From Candidatus Moraniibacteriota bacterium (lineage in GTDB: Bacteria; Patescibacteriota; Minisyncoccia; Moranbacterales; UBA2206), in contig JAUSNP010000006.1 in the NCBI GenBank assembly GCA_030645735.1, forward strand, positions 132,095-196,094: 64,000 bases of DNA, written 5' to 3'. Positions 18,999 through 29,168 of the stretch are shown here, piece by piece. Positions within the stretch are counted from its first letter, which is position 1. Every line of letters begins with the position of its first letter. The notes below the pieces were generated by a model, which did not search any database, was not told the origin of the DNA, and saw nothing but the letters and a program-made list of their open reading frames with translations. The translations under genes and the position numbers were made by a program.

Positions 18999-19352
18999 AT
19001 GGCGCATCGTAAAGCTGGTGGTTCTACCCAGCTGGGCCGAGATTCAATCTCGAAACGGCTCGGCGTAAAAATCTTTGGAGATCAAAAAGTTCAAGCTGGC
19101 AACATCATTATCCGACAAAGAGGTTCCAAATGGAGACCCGGAAAAAATGTTCGTCGCGGTGAAGATGACACTCTTTATTCAGTAATCGATGGAATGGTAA
19201 AATTCACTAAAAAGAAAGTTATTACTTTCACTGGCAAGCTAGAAGAAAAAAGATTTGTTTCAGTGGTGGAAGCTGTAACTGTTGAAAGAAAAGTTAGAGC
19301 TCCTCGCGCCAAAACAAAGGCTGGCAAAATTAGCAACGCAAAAAAGAAATAA
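18999..19352 (+). CDS. rpmA: Ribosomal protein L27 with ~30-aa Lys-rich C-terminal extension
   Basis: MAHKKAGGST-like start and GNIIIRQRG core; 117 aa instead of the usual ~85. Confidence 0.85.
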   Translation: MAHRKAGGSTQLGRDSISKRLGVKIFGDQKVQAGNIIIRQRGSKWRPGKNVRRGEDDTLYSVIDGMVKFTKKKVITFTGKLEEKRFVSVVEAVTVERKVRAPRAKTKAGKISNAKKK

Positions 19353-19368
19353 GCTATCTTGCATAAAA

Positions 19369-19400
19369 AAATCCTCTCATTTATTTGAGAGGATTTTTTG
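19369..19400 (+). terminator. Rho-independent terminator of rpmA
   Basis: AATCCTCTCA-loop-TGAGAGGATT followed by TTTTTGTTG. Confidence 0.65.
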
Positions 19401-19404
19401 TTGT

Positions 19405-19475
19405 GTTATTGGGAAGCGGACAGTCCGCTCAACACTCAGACACCGAGTGTCCAACATTTGCGGACAGTCCGCCTA
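19405..19475. repeat. Left palindrome array of the cassette: GCGGACAGTCCGC, GACACCGAGTGTC, GCGGACAGTCCGC
   Basis: Three 6-N-6 palindromes; a 17-nt stretch is the exact reverse complement of sequence at 20547-20563. Confidence 0.7.
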
Positions 19476-19497
19476 TAATTGCAAAAAGTTATTTTTT

Positions 19498-20529
19498 TTA
19501 TTCTTCTTCCTTGTTAATATCTTTTGCGTCTCTTTCTGCTACAAATTTTTTTACCTCTTCATAACTCATTCTTTTTGGCCACCAAAGATTACCTTTAACA
19601 TCATACACAGGAACCAATAAATCCGTAGAAAACATCATATCCACTATCTTGGTAACCATTTTCATAACATCTTCTGGGTCATCACTAATATTTAAAGTAT
19701 AGAGATCCTCCTTATTTATATAATTAGGATAGACATAGTCATACATATTTTCTGGAATTTTTGGTATTTTATCTTTTAAAATATTGGCAATAAAATGTTT
19801 TCTCTTCTCTTCAATATTATTTTTTTCGTGGCATCGAAAAATTATTCCGGTTAAAAGTTTTGGACTTATGCGTGGAAAAAGAGAAAATCCAAATTCTGCA
19901 AGATCACAATTTTCAAAAGGTTTGCCATCATTGTTAGAGTATGTACGTAATTGCAGGGAGTCAGACCCAAACTTGCTCCTGTCTAACTCTTGAAATTTAT
20001 CAAGGTCAAATATAATGCCCATTTGGTCACCACCACCCAACCTGTCTTTTCCAAAAGAACCTGTACGCATCAATCTGGGATATTTACCTTTTTCAACCTC
20101 ATCATTTGATCTCCCAACAATATTAAAACATTGACTTATACCTCCTCCTTTACCATGTATTGAATCTCTTTGAATTTTTGCCCATTCATTTTTTTCAACT
20201 TGCCCTCTTCCGTTTTGTTTGCCGAGAGATCCGTTTATTAGAACATCTTTAAGATGGGTGTACGGGAGTTTTTTCTCGAGCCATTCTTCATGAGTTTTTC
20301 CAGTTAGTGCTCTATACGCTATCCCATCTCTATCAATATCTTGCACCTTTGCCATAATCTGCTCAATTTGCTCCGGTGAAAGTTCTTGTTCTAAATTTTG
20401 AACAATCTCGGTTTCTTCAATATGTTCTATTGGCATTGGTTTTGGAACCTCAGTTGGCATTTGATCAAATTTCATAAAATAAAAAATAAAATTTATTTTG
20501 GCGGACAATCCGAAAGTGTTGGACACCAA
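19498..20529 (-). CDS. Hypothetical protein of unknown function, cargo of the IR-flanked cassette; real start probably the ATG at 20475
   Basis: Long ORF with an acidic N-terminus and Gly-rich centre; I could recognise no family. Confidence 0.5.
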   Translation of the reverse strand: MVSNTFGLSAKINFIFYFMKFDQMPTEVPKPMPIEHIEETEIVQNLEQELSPEQIEQIMAKVQDIDRDGIAYRALTGKTHEEWLEKKLPYTHLKDVLINGSLGKQNGRGQVEKNEWAKIQRDSIHGKGGGISQCFNIVGRSNDEVEKGKYPRLMRTGSFGKDRLGGGDQMGIIFDLDKFQELDRSKFGSDSLQLRTYSNNDGKPFENCDLAEFGFSLFPRISPKLLTGIIFRCHEKNNIEEKRKHFIANILKDKIPKIPENMYDYVYPNYINKEDLYTLNISDDPEDVMKMVTKIVDMMFSTDLLVPVYDVKGNLWWPKRMSYEEVKKFVAERDAKDINKEEE

Positions 20530-20570
20530 GTGTCTCGAGTTTGTAATGACTATCGGACACTCGGTGTCTG
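20497..20570. repeat. Right palindrome array of the cassette: GGCGGACAATCCG, GACACCAAGTGTC, GACACTCGGTGTC
   Basis: Inverted with respect to the left array; sits in the 5' region of the cargo gene. Confidence 0.7.
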
Positions 20571-20598
20571 AATTTTCAAATCTTGCATAAAAACTGAT

Positions 20599-21645
20599 TT
20601 AGTATTCTGCTAATATTTTCAAAATCTTTTCAGCTAGATTTGCAAATTCCTCTTTGGATTTTTCAATATTCTCCTTAGTGCCTTGATGAATTTCTTCTAT
20701 GCAATTTGGATCTAAATCAAAAATTGCCACTCCAATCTCCTGGCATTTTGCTGGGATGCGTCCATAATCTTGTATCTCAGCCAAGGAGCTTTTCCAACTT
20801 CTTTCAACCAATCCATTTCTTCCATGTCTTTCTGAAAGATAATTTTTAACTTTTTTCGGAATTTCTTCGATCCAACGGCGATGATCTTTGATAGGTTGTT
20901 TGCCATATACATTGTATGAATTTACAATATAACCAATAAATAGTCCGTCGCCTGAAAGTACGAATTTATTTTCGGTATCACCAGAAAGCGCTTTGCCCGT
21001 ATTTTTCCAATTATATTTCCATTTTTCAAATATACTGCCAAGATTTTCAATGCCCTGTACGCTAAAAGCATCCGGCATCATCGGCACTACGAAATAATCA
21101 GATCCAAGAAATACAACTTGATTGAGCAATGATAGGCTTGGCGATGAATCAATTACAAAAATATCTACTTCATCATTCAATCCTCTTTCGCGCAAAAAGC
21201 GATCAATGGCACTGGTTTGAAAGTATCCTAACTGTTGCCCAGCTGCTGCCTGTCCATAGGCCATAACTAATATATTTTCATACAATGAAAGATTGACACT
21301 GCCTTTCAGTAAAGAGAGATTGCCTTCGCTATTTGGAACTGGAATAAAAGGTACGCTCAAATCAATGTCGGCTCCACCCTCAATCACTCCTCGCAAAACA
21401 TCATAAATATCCTTTTCTGTTGAAGAAAATAATGTTTTCTCAAATTGATTATCGCCCATAGCCAAGCGAGAAAGATTGCATTGCGGATCAAGATCAACCA
21501 GCACAGTTTTATAACCAAGCTTCGCAAAAGACATTGCACAATTAAAAGCCAGTGTTGTCTTGCCGACTCCGCCTTTATTATTGGCAAATAGAAGTTTTTT
21601 TGTTCGAGTGAATTTCATAGATGCAGTATAGCACAAAAACACCAA
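20599..21645 (-). CDS. ParA/MinD-family P-loop ATPase with ~100-aa C-terminal extension
   Basis: Deviant Walker A NKGGVGKTT; VLVDLDPQ; no ParB-like gene recognisable nearby. Confidence 0.7.
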   Translation of the reverse strand: MVFLCYTASMKFTRTKKLLFANNKGGVGKTTLAFNCAMSFAKLGYKTVLVDLDPQCNLSRLAMGDNQFEKTLFSSTEKDIYDVLRGVIEGGADIDLSVPFIPVPNSEGNLSLLKGSVNLSLYENILVMAYGQAAAGQQLGYFQTSAIDRFLRERGLNDEVDIFVIDSSPSLSLLNQVVFLGSDYFVVPMMPDAFSVQGIENLGSIFEKWKYNWKNTGKALSGDTENKFVLSGDGLFIGYIVNSYNVYGKQPIKDHRRWIEEIPKKVKNYLSERHGRNGLVERSWKSSLAEIQDYGRIPAKCQEIGVAIFDLDPNCIEEIHQGTKENIEKSKEEFANLAEKILKILAEY

Positions 21646-21681
21646 TATAGTTAATACACGCTAAAAAAACGCAATACGATA

Positions 21682-23322
21682 CTATTTCCTCTTCAAATCT
21701 TGTCCGGCTTTGATGAAAGCGTTGAAGAGTGGATGACCACTCAGCGGACTGGTTTTTAGTTCTGGATGGAATTGAGTGGCCAAGAAGAATGGATGCACAG
21801 CTGTTGGCAATTCAGTGATTTCCATCAATTTGCCATTTGGCGATTTGCCTGAGAAAACCAAGCCAGCTTTTTCCAATCGTTCAATGTAACTTGGATTGAC
21901 TTCCCAACGATGTCTATGTCGTTCAGAAATTTTTGTCGCTTTGTAGGCTTTGTTGGCCAAACTGCCTTTCTGCAAATTAGCTGGATAAGCACCCAAACGC
22001 ATAGTAGCTCCATAATTGCCATCTTCCAAATTCTTTTTCTGCTCCGGCATAATATCAATAACTGGATTTTTCGTTTTGCGATCCACTTCGGTAGTATTGG
22101 CATCTTTGAGACCCAAGACATTTCTAGAATATTCAATCACAGCCAATTGCATACCATAGCAAAGTCCAAAAAATGGAATTTTATTTTTACGTAAAAATTC
22201 AATCGCTACAATCTTGCCTTCAATTCCACGAGAACCAAATCCTCCAGGAATCACCACACCGTCATATTGTTTCAAGTCTTCCAATTTCTCAGGATTTTTT
22301 TCATATGTTTCAGAACTGATCCAATCAATTTGCGGCTTCACTTTGTTGTGATAACTAGCATGTTTCACCGCCTCAATCACACTGATGTAGGCATCAGACA
22401 AAACAAAATCACCAGTGCCAAAATATTTACCCACAATTCCAATTTTTGCCACACCTGTTGGATGTTTAATTTTTTCTACCAAGTCATACCACCTTTTCAA
22501 ATCAGTCGCCTTATATTTCAAGCCCAATTTTTTCAAAATCAACCGACTGAAATCATCACGTTCGAAATTGATTGGCACTTCATAAATGCTTTCAATATCT
22601 GGAGCAGAAATCACGTCGCGTTCCGGAATATTACAAAACATCGCGATTTTTTCTTTTCTTCTCTGGTCAAGATATGTCTCGGAACGAGCAATGATAAAGT
22701 CAGGCTGGATGCCTGCCCCATTTAATGTGCGCACAGCATATTGAGTTGGTTTGGTTTTCATTTCCCCAACCTTGGAAGGAATTGGCAAATAACTAACCAT
22801 CACCGTAATGATATCATCGGGATATTTGATTTTCATCATGCGAGCTGCTTCCAAGAAAAGAATATTTTGATATTCACCAACTGTACCACCAACCTCAATC
22901 AAAGTGATATCTGACTTGGCTTTTTCAGAAGCCCTCTCAATGCGATCAATCACTTCCATCGGAATGTGAGGCACGACCTCCACGCACTTACCTTTATATT
23001 CCAAATTTCTTTCTTTATGAATAACCGTCTCATAGACACTGCCAGTGGTCATATAATTTTCTGATGGCAAAGTCAACTCCATGAAACGCTCATAATTTCC
23101 CATGTCTTGATCAGTCTCCAAGCCAGAATCTAACACGAAAGTCTCGCCATGTTCCGTTGGGTTCATCGTGCCAGCATCAACATTGATGTATGGATCAATC
23201 TTTAAAGCTGTCACCGCAAAACCACGAGCTTTTAGAATCGCTCCGATTGACGAAGTTGTAATTCCTTTCCCCACCCCACTCATCACTCCCCCAACCACGA
23301 AAATGTACTTTCGGTTTTTCAT
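21682..23322 (-). CDS. pyrG: CTP synthase
   Basis: GGVMSGVGKGITTSS N-terminus; glutamine amidotransferase GLCYGMQ motif. Confidence 0.92.
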   Translation of the reverse strand: MKNRKYIFVVGGVMSGVGKGITTSSIGAILKARGFAVTALKIDPYINVDAGTMNPTEHGETFVLDSGLETDQDMGNYERFMELTLPSENYMTTGSVYETVIHKERNLEYKGKCVEVVPHIPMEVIDRIERASEKAKSDITLIEVGGTVGEYQNILFLEAARMMKIKYPDDIITVMVSYLPIPSKVGEMKTKPTQYAVRTLNGAGIQPDFIIARSETYLDQRRKEKIAMFCNIPERDVISAPDIESIYEVPINFERDDFSRLILKKLGLKYKATDLKRWYDLVEKIKHPTGVAKIGIVGKYFGTGDFVLSDAYISVIEAVKHASYHNKVKPQIDWISSETYEKNPEKLEDLKQYDGVVIPGGFGSRGIEGKIVAIEFLRKNKIPFFGLCYGMQLAVIEYSRNVLGLKDANTTEVDRKTKNPVIDIMPEQKKNLEDGNYGATMRLGAYPANLQKGSLANKAYKATKISERHRHRWEVNPSYIERLEKAGLVFSGKSPNGKLMEITELPTAVHPFFLATQFHPELKTSPLSGHPLFNAFIKAGQDLKRK

Positions 23323-23363
23323 AATTTTTTAGAAATATAATTTAAATTTGTTTATTTTTTTAC

Positions 23364-23384
23364 AAACGAAAAAGTCGCCTCCCC
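23364..23384 (-). terminator. Hairpin terminator downstream of rplI
   Basis: AAGTCGC-loop-GCGACTT; the minus strand has a U-tract after it. Confidence 0.5.
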
Positions 23385-23457
23385 TGCGACTTCATATAAT
23401 ATTTTTAAATCATGCTTGCCAACAGGCAAACAGCCTAAAATTTCTTTACAAAAAACT

Positions 23458-23901
23458 TTAACTTGCGCTCTCCACCAAAACGGCAACCGTTGTTTCTATC
23501 CCATGATCCAACTCAATTTTCACTTCATATTCACCTAGTTCCTTGATAGGGTTTTCTAACACGACTGATTTTTCGGGCAGGATAATATTTTCTTTTTTCA
23601 ATTCTTTCAAAATATCTTTCACATGCACGGCGCCAAAAAGTTTGCCGTCTTTTTCTTTGACTAAAAGCGTCACGCTTTTCCCATCCAATTGATCAGCCAA
23701 CTCTTGAGTTTTTTCCAAATCCAATTGTTCTTTTTCTTTTTGTTTGCTTTTAATGACTTCGATTTTTTTCACGCCTGATCCCGTGGCAATCTCCGCTAGT
23801 TTTTTCACGAACAAAAAATTCCGCGCATACCCTTCGGACACTTCTTTGATATCGCCTCTCTTGCCGAGACCCTTCACATCTTGCAGTAGGATTATTTTCA
23901 T
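23458..23901 (-). CDS. rplI: Ribosomal protein L9
   Basis: MKIILLQDVKGLGKRGDIKEV...GYARNFL; the annotated ORF extends further 5', but that extension is not L9-like. Confidence 0.8.
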   Translation of the reverse strand: MKIILLQDVKGLGKRGDIKEVSEGYARNFLFVKKLAEIATGSGVKKIEVIKSKQKEKEQLDLEKTQELADQLDGKSVTLLVKEKDGKLFGAVHVKDILKELKKENIILPEKSVVLENPIKELGEYEVKIELDHGIETTVAVLVESAS

Positions 23902-24141
23902 AGATTTGATCTTATCTCTAACTTCTCTATTATAGCAAAAATTTGGAGTGTGGCAAATAAAAGAGCCGACCCATAAATACATGGAATCGGCTGGCACAAC
24001 TAAGCCCTGAGGGTAGCGAAATCAATTTATCTTTTTTATGCCGTCAGCCATGATAGCAGATAATTCGATTTATACTCGTTGGGTAGACGAGCGCTAATCC
24101 TGTACAAAGCTTAGTCATTGCGTATTAAGAAAATACCGTAA

Positions 24142-25431
24142 TTAATTGGTTTTGTCAACAACACCCTTGATAATTTCCATTGCCTTGTCTAGCTGTGGAT
24201 CTTTTTCGTTTTTGAAATCTTCCAAGGTCAATTCAACTTCTGTGTCAGGCGTGATGCCTTTTTCCATGATGTAATCGCCATTCGGGGTCATCCATTTCGC
24301 CACTGTGACCTTGACGCTCGATTTGTTGGGCAAAGCGATGAGTTCCTGCACTGAACCCTTGCCAAATGATTTTTTGCCGATCAGTTGCACTCCACGATCA
24401 TCACGCAACGCACCAGCCAAAATTTCCGAAGCGCTAGCACTGCCTTCATTAATTAGAACCACCAACGGGATTGTGCTTAGTTTGTCGCCACCAGTGGTGT
24501 ATAAATTATCTTTTTTGCCAACCGCATCTTCCTCAATCACTACGATTTTTCCCTTAGGAATGAATCGACTCGCAATTTCAACTGATTTATCCAAAAACCC
24601 CCCAGGATTATTGCGCAGATCCAGAACGATTCCCTTGGAACCCTGTGCAATAATTTGATTCATCGCCAAGTCAAATTCCTTGGCAGTTTTTTCTCCAAAT
24701 TGATTTATTTTCAAATAGGCAATGCCGTTTTCTTTAAATTCAACTTTCACACTCTTCACCTCAATTGTGTCTCTAACAATCGTGATTTCTCTAGTCTCTT
24801 GATCACCCTTATGAAAAACTGTCAACTTCACCTCAGTGCCTTTCTTGCCACGAATCAAATCAACAGCAGAATCAATGGTCAAATCTTGCGTAGTTTTGTC
24901 GCCAATTTTAACAATCTTGTCGCCTGACATTAGTCCTGCCTTTTGTGCCGGCGAACCATCTAGTGGCGCAATGACCGTCAGAACATCATCCTTGATACCC
25001 AACTCCGCTCCAATGCCGTCAAAACTGCCTCCAATGTCTTGCGCAAATTCTTTGGTTTCCTTGGGATCAAAAAAAGTCGTGTATGGATCATCAGTGGCTT
25101 TGAGCATGCCTCTGATAGCGCCATAAACCAATTTTTGCGCATCTAGCGAGTCTTGGTTTACATATTTTTCACTAAGAGTGTCCCAAACTTTCCAAAAAAG
25201 CGCAAAATCCACACTGTCCTTGCCGGTGGAAAATTTGTTGGTCACAATTGTTGAGCCAATCGGATGAGTTTGATTTAGCACTAATTCATCGGCAGATTTT
25301 TTGCCACTAGCGTAGCCAACCCCAAAAGCTCCAACTAGGAGAAATAGGATTATAAAAAAAGAAAGGTATTTCGAAAAGATATTTTGATTTTTTTCTTCCG
25401 GATTTGTTTTTGGCGCTTGTTCGTCAATCAT
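24142..25431 (-). CDS. ctpA: C-terminal processing (S41, tail-specific) protease
   Basis: PDZ domain (SPAQKAGLMSGDKIVKI), catalytic region GSASASEILAGALRD, N-terminal TM. Confidence 0.8.
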   Translation of the reverse strand: MIDEQAPKTNPEEKNQNIFSKYLSFFIILFLLVGAFGVGYASGKKSADELVLNQTHPIGSTIVTNKFSTGKDSVDFALFWKVWDTLSEKYVNQDSLDAQKLVYGAIRGMLKATDDPYTTFFDPKETKEFAQDIGGSFDGIGAELGIKDDVLTVIAPLDGSPAQKAGLMSGDKIVKIGDKTTQDLTIDSAVDLIRGKKGTEVKLTVFHKGDQETREITIVRDTIEVKSVKVEFKENGIAYLKINQFGEKTAKEFDLAMNQIIAQGSKGIVLDLRNNPGGFLDKSVEIASRFIPKGKIVVIEEDAVGKKDNLYTTGGDKLSTIPLVVLINEGSASASEILAGALRDDRGVQLIGKKSFGKGSVQELIALPNKSSVKVTVAKWMTPNGDYIMEKGITPDTEVELTLEDFKNEKDPQLDKAMEIIKGVVDKTN

Positions 25432-25447
25432 TCAGTTTATTTTTTAT

Positions 25448-26257
25448 TTAATTGTGCTTGGGAATTTCTTTGCCTGAATATTTTAAGAAATATTTAATCG
25501 CGCTTGCGATGTGAATCCAGGTCAAGCGATTTGAAAGCAATGACTGAATAACACTCTTGCCAGCTGAGCCCCGACCATGATAGTGAAACATTTGCGACCC
25601 AGGGAAGTATATTACTTTTAACCCTTGCTCCCAAAATCGGCGACACCAGTCAGTGTCTTCAAAATATAATTTAAAACGATCATCCATCAGTCCGACTTTT
25701 TCCACTGCCACACGGCTAGTCATCAGCGCAGAACCCATTATCCAATCAACCTCCTTAACACTTTGATGATCAAAGTCTTTCATCAAAAATTTATCTAAGT
25801 GTTTTTTGGCAAAACTAAGCTTGCCTAATGGAGTTCGGCGATATACAATCGTCAATGGCGTATAGAACCTAAAGGTTGAGGGCTGGGATGTTTCATTGAA
25901 ATTCAGAAGTTGCGGTCCAGCAATACCGACATCTGGATTATTTTTGATGTAATCCAAAAGATTTTCAACTGAATCTTTTTTGACAATAATGTCGCCATTC
26001 AAAATCAAAATATATTTGCCCTTCGCAATTGCCAACCCATTATTGACTGTTAAGCTGAAACCGACATTTTCCTTGGCTGGCAAAAATTTGATCTCTGGAA
26101 AATATTCCTTCATCATCGTCTCGGTTCGCTCCTCCGTCTCACTATCTGAAACGATAATTTCATAATTAGACAGGCTAACATTTTGTGTTATCGATTCAAG
26201 GCAAGTCTTAAGAAGTTCTGGATTTTTATAGTGCGTAACGATGATAGAAAGTTCCAT
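25448..26257 (-). CDS. Family 2 glycosyltransferase
   Basis: IIVTHYKN...DSETEE...NGD GT-A layout. Confidence 0.7.
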   Translation of the reverse strand: MELSIIVTHYKNPELLKTCLESITQNVSLSNYEIIVSDSETEERTETMMKEYFPEIKFLPAKENVGFSLTVNNGLAIAKGKYILILNGDIIVKKDSVENLLDYIKNNPDVGIAGPQLLNFNETSQPSTFRFYTPLTIVYRRTPLGKLSFAKKHLDKFLMKDFDHQSVKEVDWIMGSALMTSRVAVEKVGLMDDRFKLYFEDTDWCRRFWEQGLKVIYFPGSQMFHYHGRGSAGKSVIQSLLSNRLTWIHIASAIKYFLKYSGKEIPKHN

Positions 26258-26276
26258 TTTAGAATAATCTTAATGA

Positions 26277-27476
26277 TTATATTTTTGGTTTAATATCTGA
26301 TTGTGCTGGCATCGTGAAGATATTTTTAGCCATATCACGAATCTTGTCATAATTGTCGCCAATCGGCAATAAGATATAACCTGCGCCATTAGCCGGCGGA
26401 TTATATAAGAAGCCCTCTTCGGAATTTTCCAAAACTCTCTGATAGATTTGTGGGTTGTTCATTGTTAGATACAAGTCGTAGAATCGCTTCATTTCCCAAG
26501 CTTGCATATCAGTGCGGGTGTTGTCACCCAAGTCGTTCAAAATCTTATTCAATTTCGCAAAGTCAGTCAAAGTTCCAGCACTCAAAAGTTTGTCTTTGAT
26601 AGCTTGAATGATCAATTGTTGCCTTTTGGCTCTTTCAAAGTCGCTAGATGTTACACGAGAGCGGGAAAGGCACAAAGCTTGATCACCATTGAGCGTGACA
26701 TCGCCAGCTGGCAATGCAAAATCCCCACCACATTCCAATTCTTCTTTTTTAATTTCTTTGGCATAGCACAAAGGATAAACCTTTGGATTGGCATAGTAGG
26801 TTCCATTCTTTCTTTGAATTCTTTTGGTTTCCACATTGCCAGATGGCACAGTATAAGTAATGGCGTCACAGCGTTGTTCTAAACCGCGGAATTGCATCGT
26901 TTCAGAAAACGGCGCGTCCAAATGGAAAGTGATACCGCCAATATTATCTACCAATTTCTTGAAGCCCTCAAAATTAATACTAGCCGCATACGCCACATTG
27001 AGTCCGGTCACTTCGCTCAAGATTTTTTTCATATCCTGCATACCCTGCCCCTTACCTTTTTGTTCACCATAGGCATGCACGGCGTTGATTTTTTGTTGGT
27101 CTTGTGTTCCTGGCACAGTCACATACAAATCTCTCGGCACTGAAATCATCGAAATTTTATTGTCCACCGGTCGAATACTCACCACCATAATCGTATCAGC
27201 CAAAAGTCCGCCACCTGCGACGCCTTCACCACGCATACCCAAAAGCGCGATATTGACTTGCCCATCCTTCTCGCCTTCCAGTTCCTCTGACACTCCTGGC
27301 AATGAATGAATCAAACTAGAGAACATTCCGCCTTTGCCATCAGAAATCTTGTTCAAAAGACTCCCGGCCTTCCAAGCAAAAACGCCTCCACCAATAGCGA
27401 GGATTGCGATAATTATCATCGAAACCTTAACCCATCTTCTTTTGAAAAAACTAGGTTTGTAATTTGCCTCTAGCAT
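26277..27476 (-). CDS. LytR-CpsA-Psr (LCP) family protein
   Basis: N-terminal TM; ILLLGMRGEG...ADTIMVVSI...MISVPRDLYV LCP core. Confidence 0.8.
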   Translation of the reverse strand: MLEANYKPSFFKRRWVKVSMIIIAILAIGGGVFAWKAGSLLNKISDGKGGMFSSLIHSLPGVSEELEGEKDGQVNIALLGMRGEGVAGGGLLADTIMVVSIRPVDNKISMISVPRDLYVTVPGTQDQQKINAVHAYGEQKGKGQGMQDMKKILSEVTGLNVAYAASINFEGFKKLVDNIGGITFHLDAPFSETMQFRGLEQRCDAITYTVPSGNVETKRIQRKNGTYYANPKVYPLCYAKEIKKEELECGGDFALPAGDVTLNGDQALCLSRSRVTSSDFERAKRQQLIIQAIKDKLLSAGTLTDFAKLNKILNDLGDNTRTDMQAWEMKRFYDLYLTMNNPQIYQRVLENSEEGFLYNPPANGAGYILLPIGDNYDKIRDMAKNIFTMPAQSDIKPKI

Positions 27477-27611
27477 AACTTTTTTCTTTTTAAAATTAAT
27501 AATAAACCGTCTGCTTCATATATGGCAGACATAGTATATATTTTACTTTTGATTACGTTTGGTGTCAATCGATTCCAATCCCCATTCACTTTACCCTATA
27601 TTTCAAGCTTT

Positions 27612-27992
27612 TTATAGCATCTGACAAATTTGAACATCTTTTTGACTATCACTTGCGTATTCCAACAGAATGCCGAACTGACTGTTTGAATTATTAACAA
27701 CTGCGTGACCCAAATCAGATGGTATCACAAAAAGAATGTTTTTCCCCTCAGGATTCATCTTCTTAGTCATCCTCTTATTCCCATCCATCCAAATCAACTC
27801 AAGCTCTTCGCCGATTCCAACAAAAGCTTCTTGCCTTGGATGTTTGTGATTTCCGCCAAATTGTTTGGGTGGAATATTAACAACTGAAATGTCCTTGACT
27901 TCAAAAGGGATCTTAATACTGTTAATGTCTAAGATATACAAACCATTCTCCTTTTTATATCTTGGCTCAATAACGAATTCTTGAATTTTCAT
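27612..27992 (-). CDS. Small cupin-fold protein; possible sugar 3,4-ketoisomerase (FdtA/WxcM C-terminal-domain-like)
   Basis: GGNHKHPRQEAF resembles the RGGHAH cupin metal site; lies in the glycan locus. Confidence 0.35.
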   Translation of the reverse strand: MKIQEFVIEPRYKKENGLYILDINSIKIPFEVKDISVVNIPPKQFGGNHKHPRQEAFVGIGEELELIWMDGNKRMTKKMNPEGKNILFVIPSDLGHAVVNNSNSQFGILLEYASDSQKDVQICQML

Positions 27993-28013
27993 GATTTGAA
28001 AAATTAATTCCTA

Positions 28014-29159
28014 CTATTTACTATTATTGTATATCTCCAACATCTTTTCTGCGGTCTGACGCCAAGAGAATTTGGCAGATTGGAGGAGCTCTTTTTGGGT
28101 CAGATCAAAGCGCAAGGCGTCGTCGGAGACAATGCGGGTGAGTTTTTGGGAGAAGTCGTCGGCGTTGGTCACATCGAATAGCAGTGCTGAGTCTTCGGTT
28201 ATTTCTAGGTGTGGTGGAATATCAGAGGCCAAAGTTGGCACGCCCAATGTCATAGCCTCCAAAATTGGGATGCCAAAACCTTCATACAAGGATGGAAAAC
28301 AAAAGACATGTGCCAATTTGAAAATCGCAGCCTTGTCTGCTTCATCAATGAAACCTGGCAACAGCACTTCGTCTTGCAATCCATAATTTTTGATGAATTC
28401 ATCAATGCGTGCGTCAAAGTTGTGTCCGCGACCACCAGCCAAAACCAATTTCAAATCTTTTCTTTTTTCCGTCGTGATTTTGATGAAGGCTTCAATCAAG
28501 GCTGGCAGATTTTTGCGTGGTTGCAAGGTGCCGATATATAGAATGAATTTTTGTGGCAAAGAATATTTTTGCCTAACTATTTCCAATTGCTCTGCTGAAA
28601 TATTCTCAGCGAAACCATCTGCCACGGCGTTGTGAATCCAGTCCAGCTTTTCATCTGGAATTTGATAGAACTTTTTTATCTCTGAAATAGTGAATTGTGA
28701 AACACCCACAATTTTGTCGGCGCGTTTCAAGCTCATTGGGATCAATTTGTCCAAAAAAAACAAATCAGATTTTTTAATCATCTGTGGGAAAACTTTAAAA
28801 GAGACATCATGCACAATTGTCACAATCTTGATATTCTTGGGAATGAAAAATGGCGTGATGTATTGCACCTGTAAGATGTCCACCAGATTGGCTTTCAAAT
28901 ATTTCGGCAGAATCCACGCGTTCCAAAAAAACTTATTGGTACCATTTTCGCATAAGCTAATCACTTTGAAATTTTCTGCCAGATTCAATCGCGCAATCTC
29001 CGTAGCTAATAACTCGTCGCTATTTGGATTTCTGTCAGTTAGTAGGAGATACTCGTTTTTCGTATCGAGCGTGGAAAGATTTTTAATTAGATTGAAAAAG
29101 ACGGCTTCTGAGCCAGTTTGTTTTCTACCAATCAACCTAATATCAAATGCTATTTTCAT
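28014..29159 (-). CDS. GT4-family glycosyltransferase
   Basis: C-terminal FCFPSLYEGFGIPILEAM (E-x7-E) motif. Confidence 0.8.
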   Translation of the reverse strand: MKIAFDIRLIGRKQTGSEAVFFNLIKNLSTLDTKNEYLLLTDRNPNSDELLATEIARLNLAENFKVISLCENGTNKFFWNAWILPKYLKANLVDILQVQYITPFFIPKNIKIVTIVHDVSFKVFPQMIKKSDLFFLDKLIPMSLKRADKIVGVSQFTISEIKKFYQIPDEKLDWIHNAVADGFAENISAEQLEIVRQKYSLPQKFILYIGTLQPRKNLPALIEAFIKITTEKRKDLKLVLAGGRGHNFDARIDEFIKNYGLQDEVLLPGFIDEADKAAIFKLAHVFCFPSLYEGFGIPILEAMTLGVPTLASDIPPHLEITEDSALLFDVTNADDFSQKLTRIVSDDALRFDLTQKELLQSAKFSWRQTAEKMLEIYNNSK

Positions 29160-29168
29160 AAAATTTAC

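Noticed and set aside
23902-23997. N-terminal extension of the rplI ORF
   Set aside because: L9 homology starts at MKIILLQDVKGLGK, and the upstream 32 residues are not L9-like.
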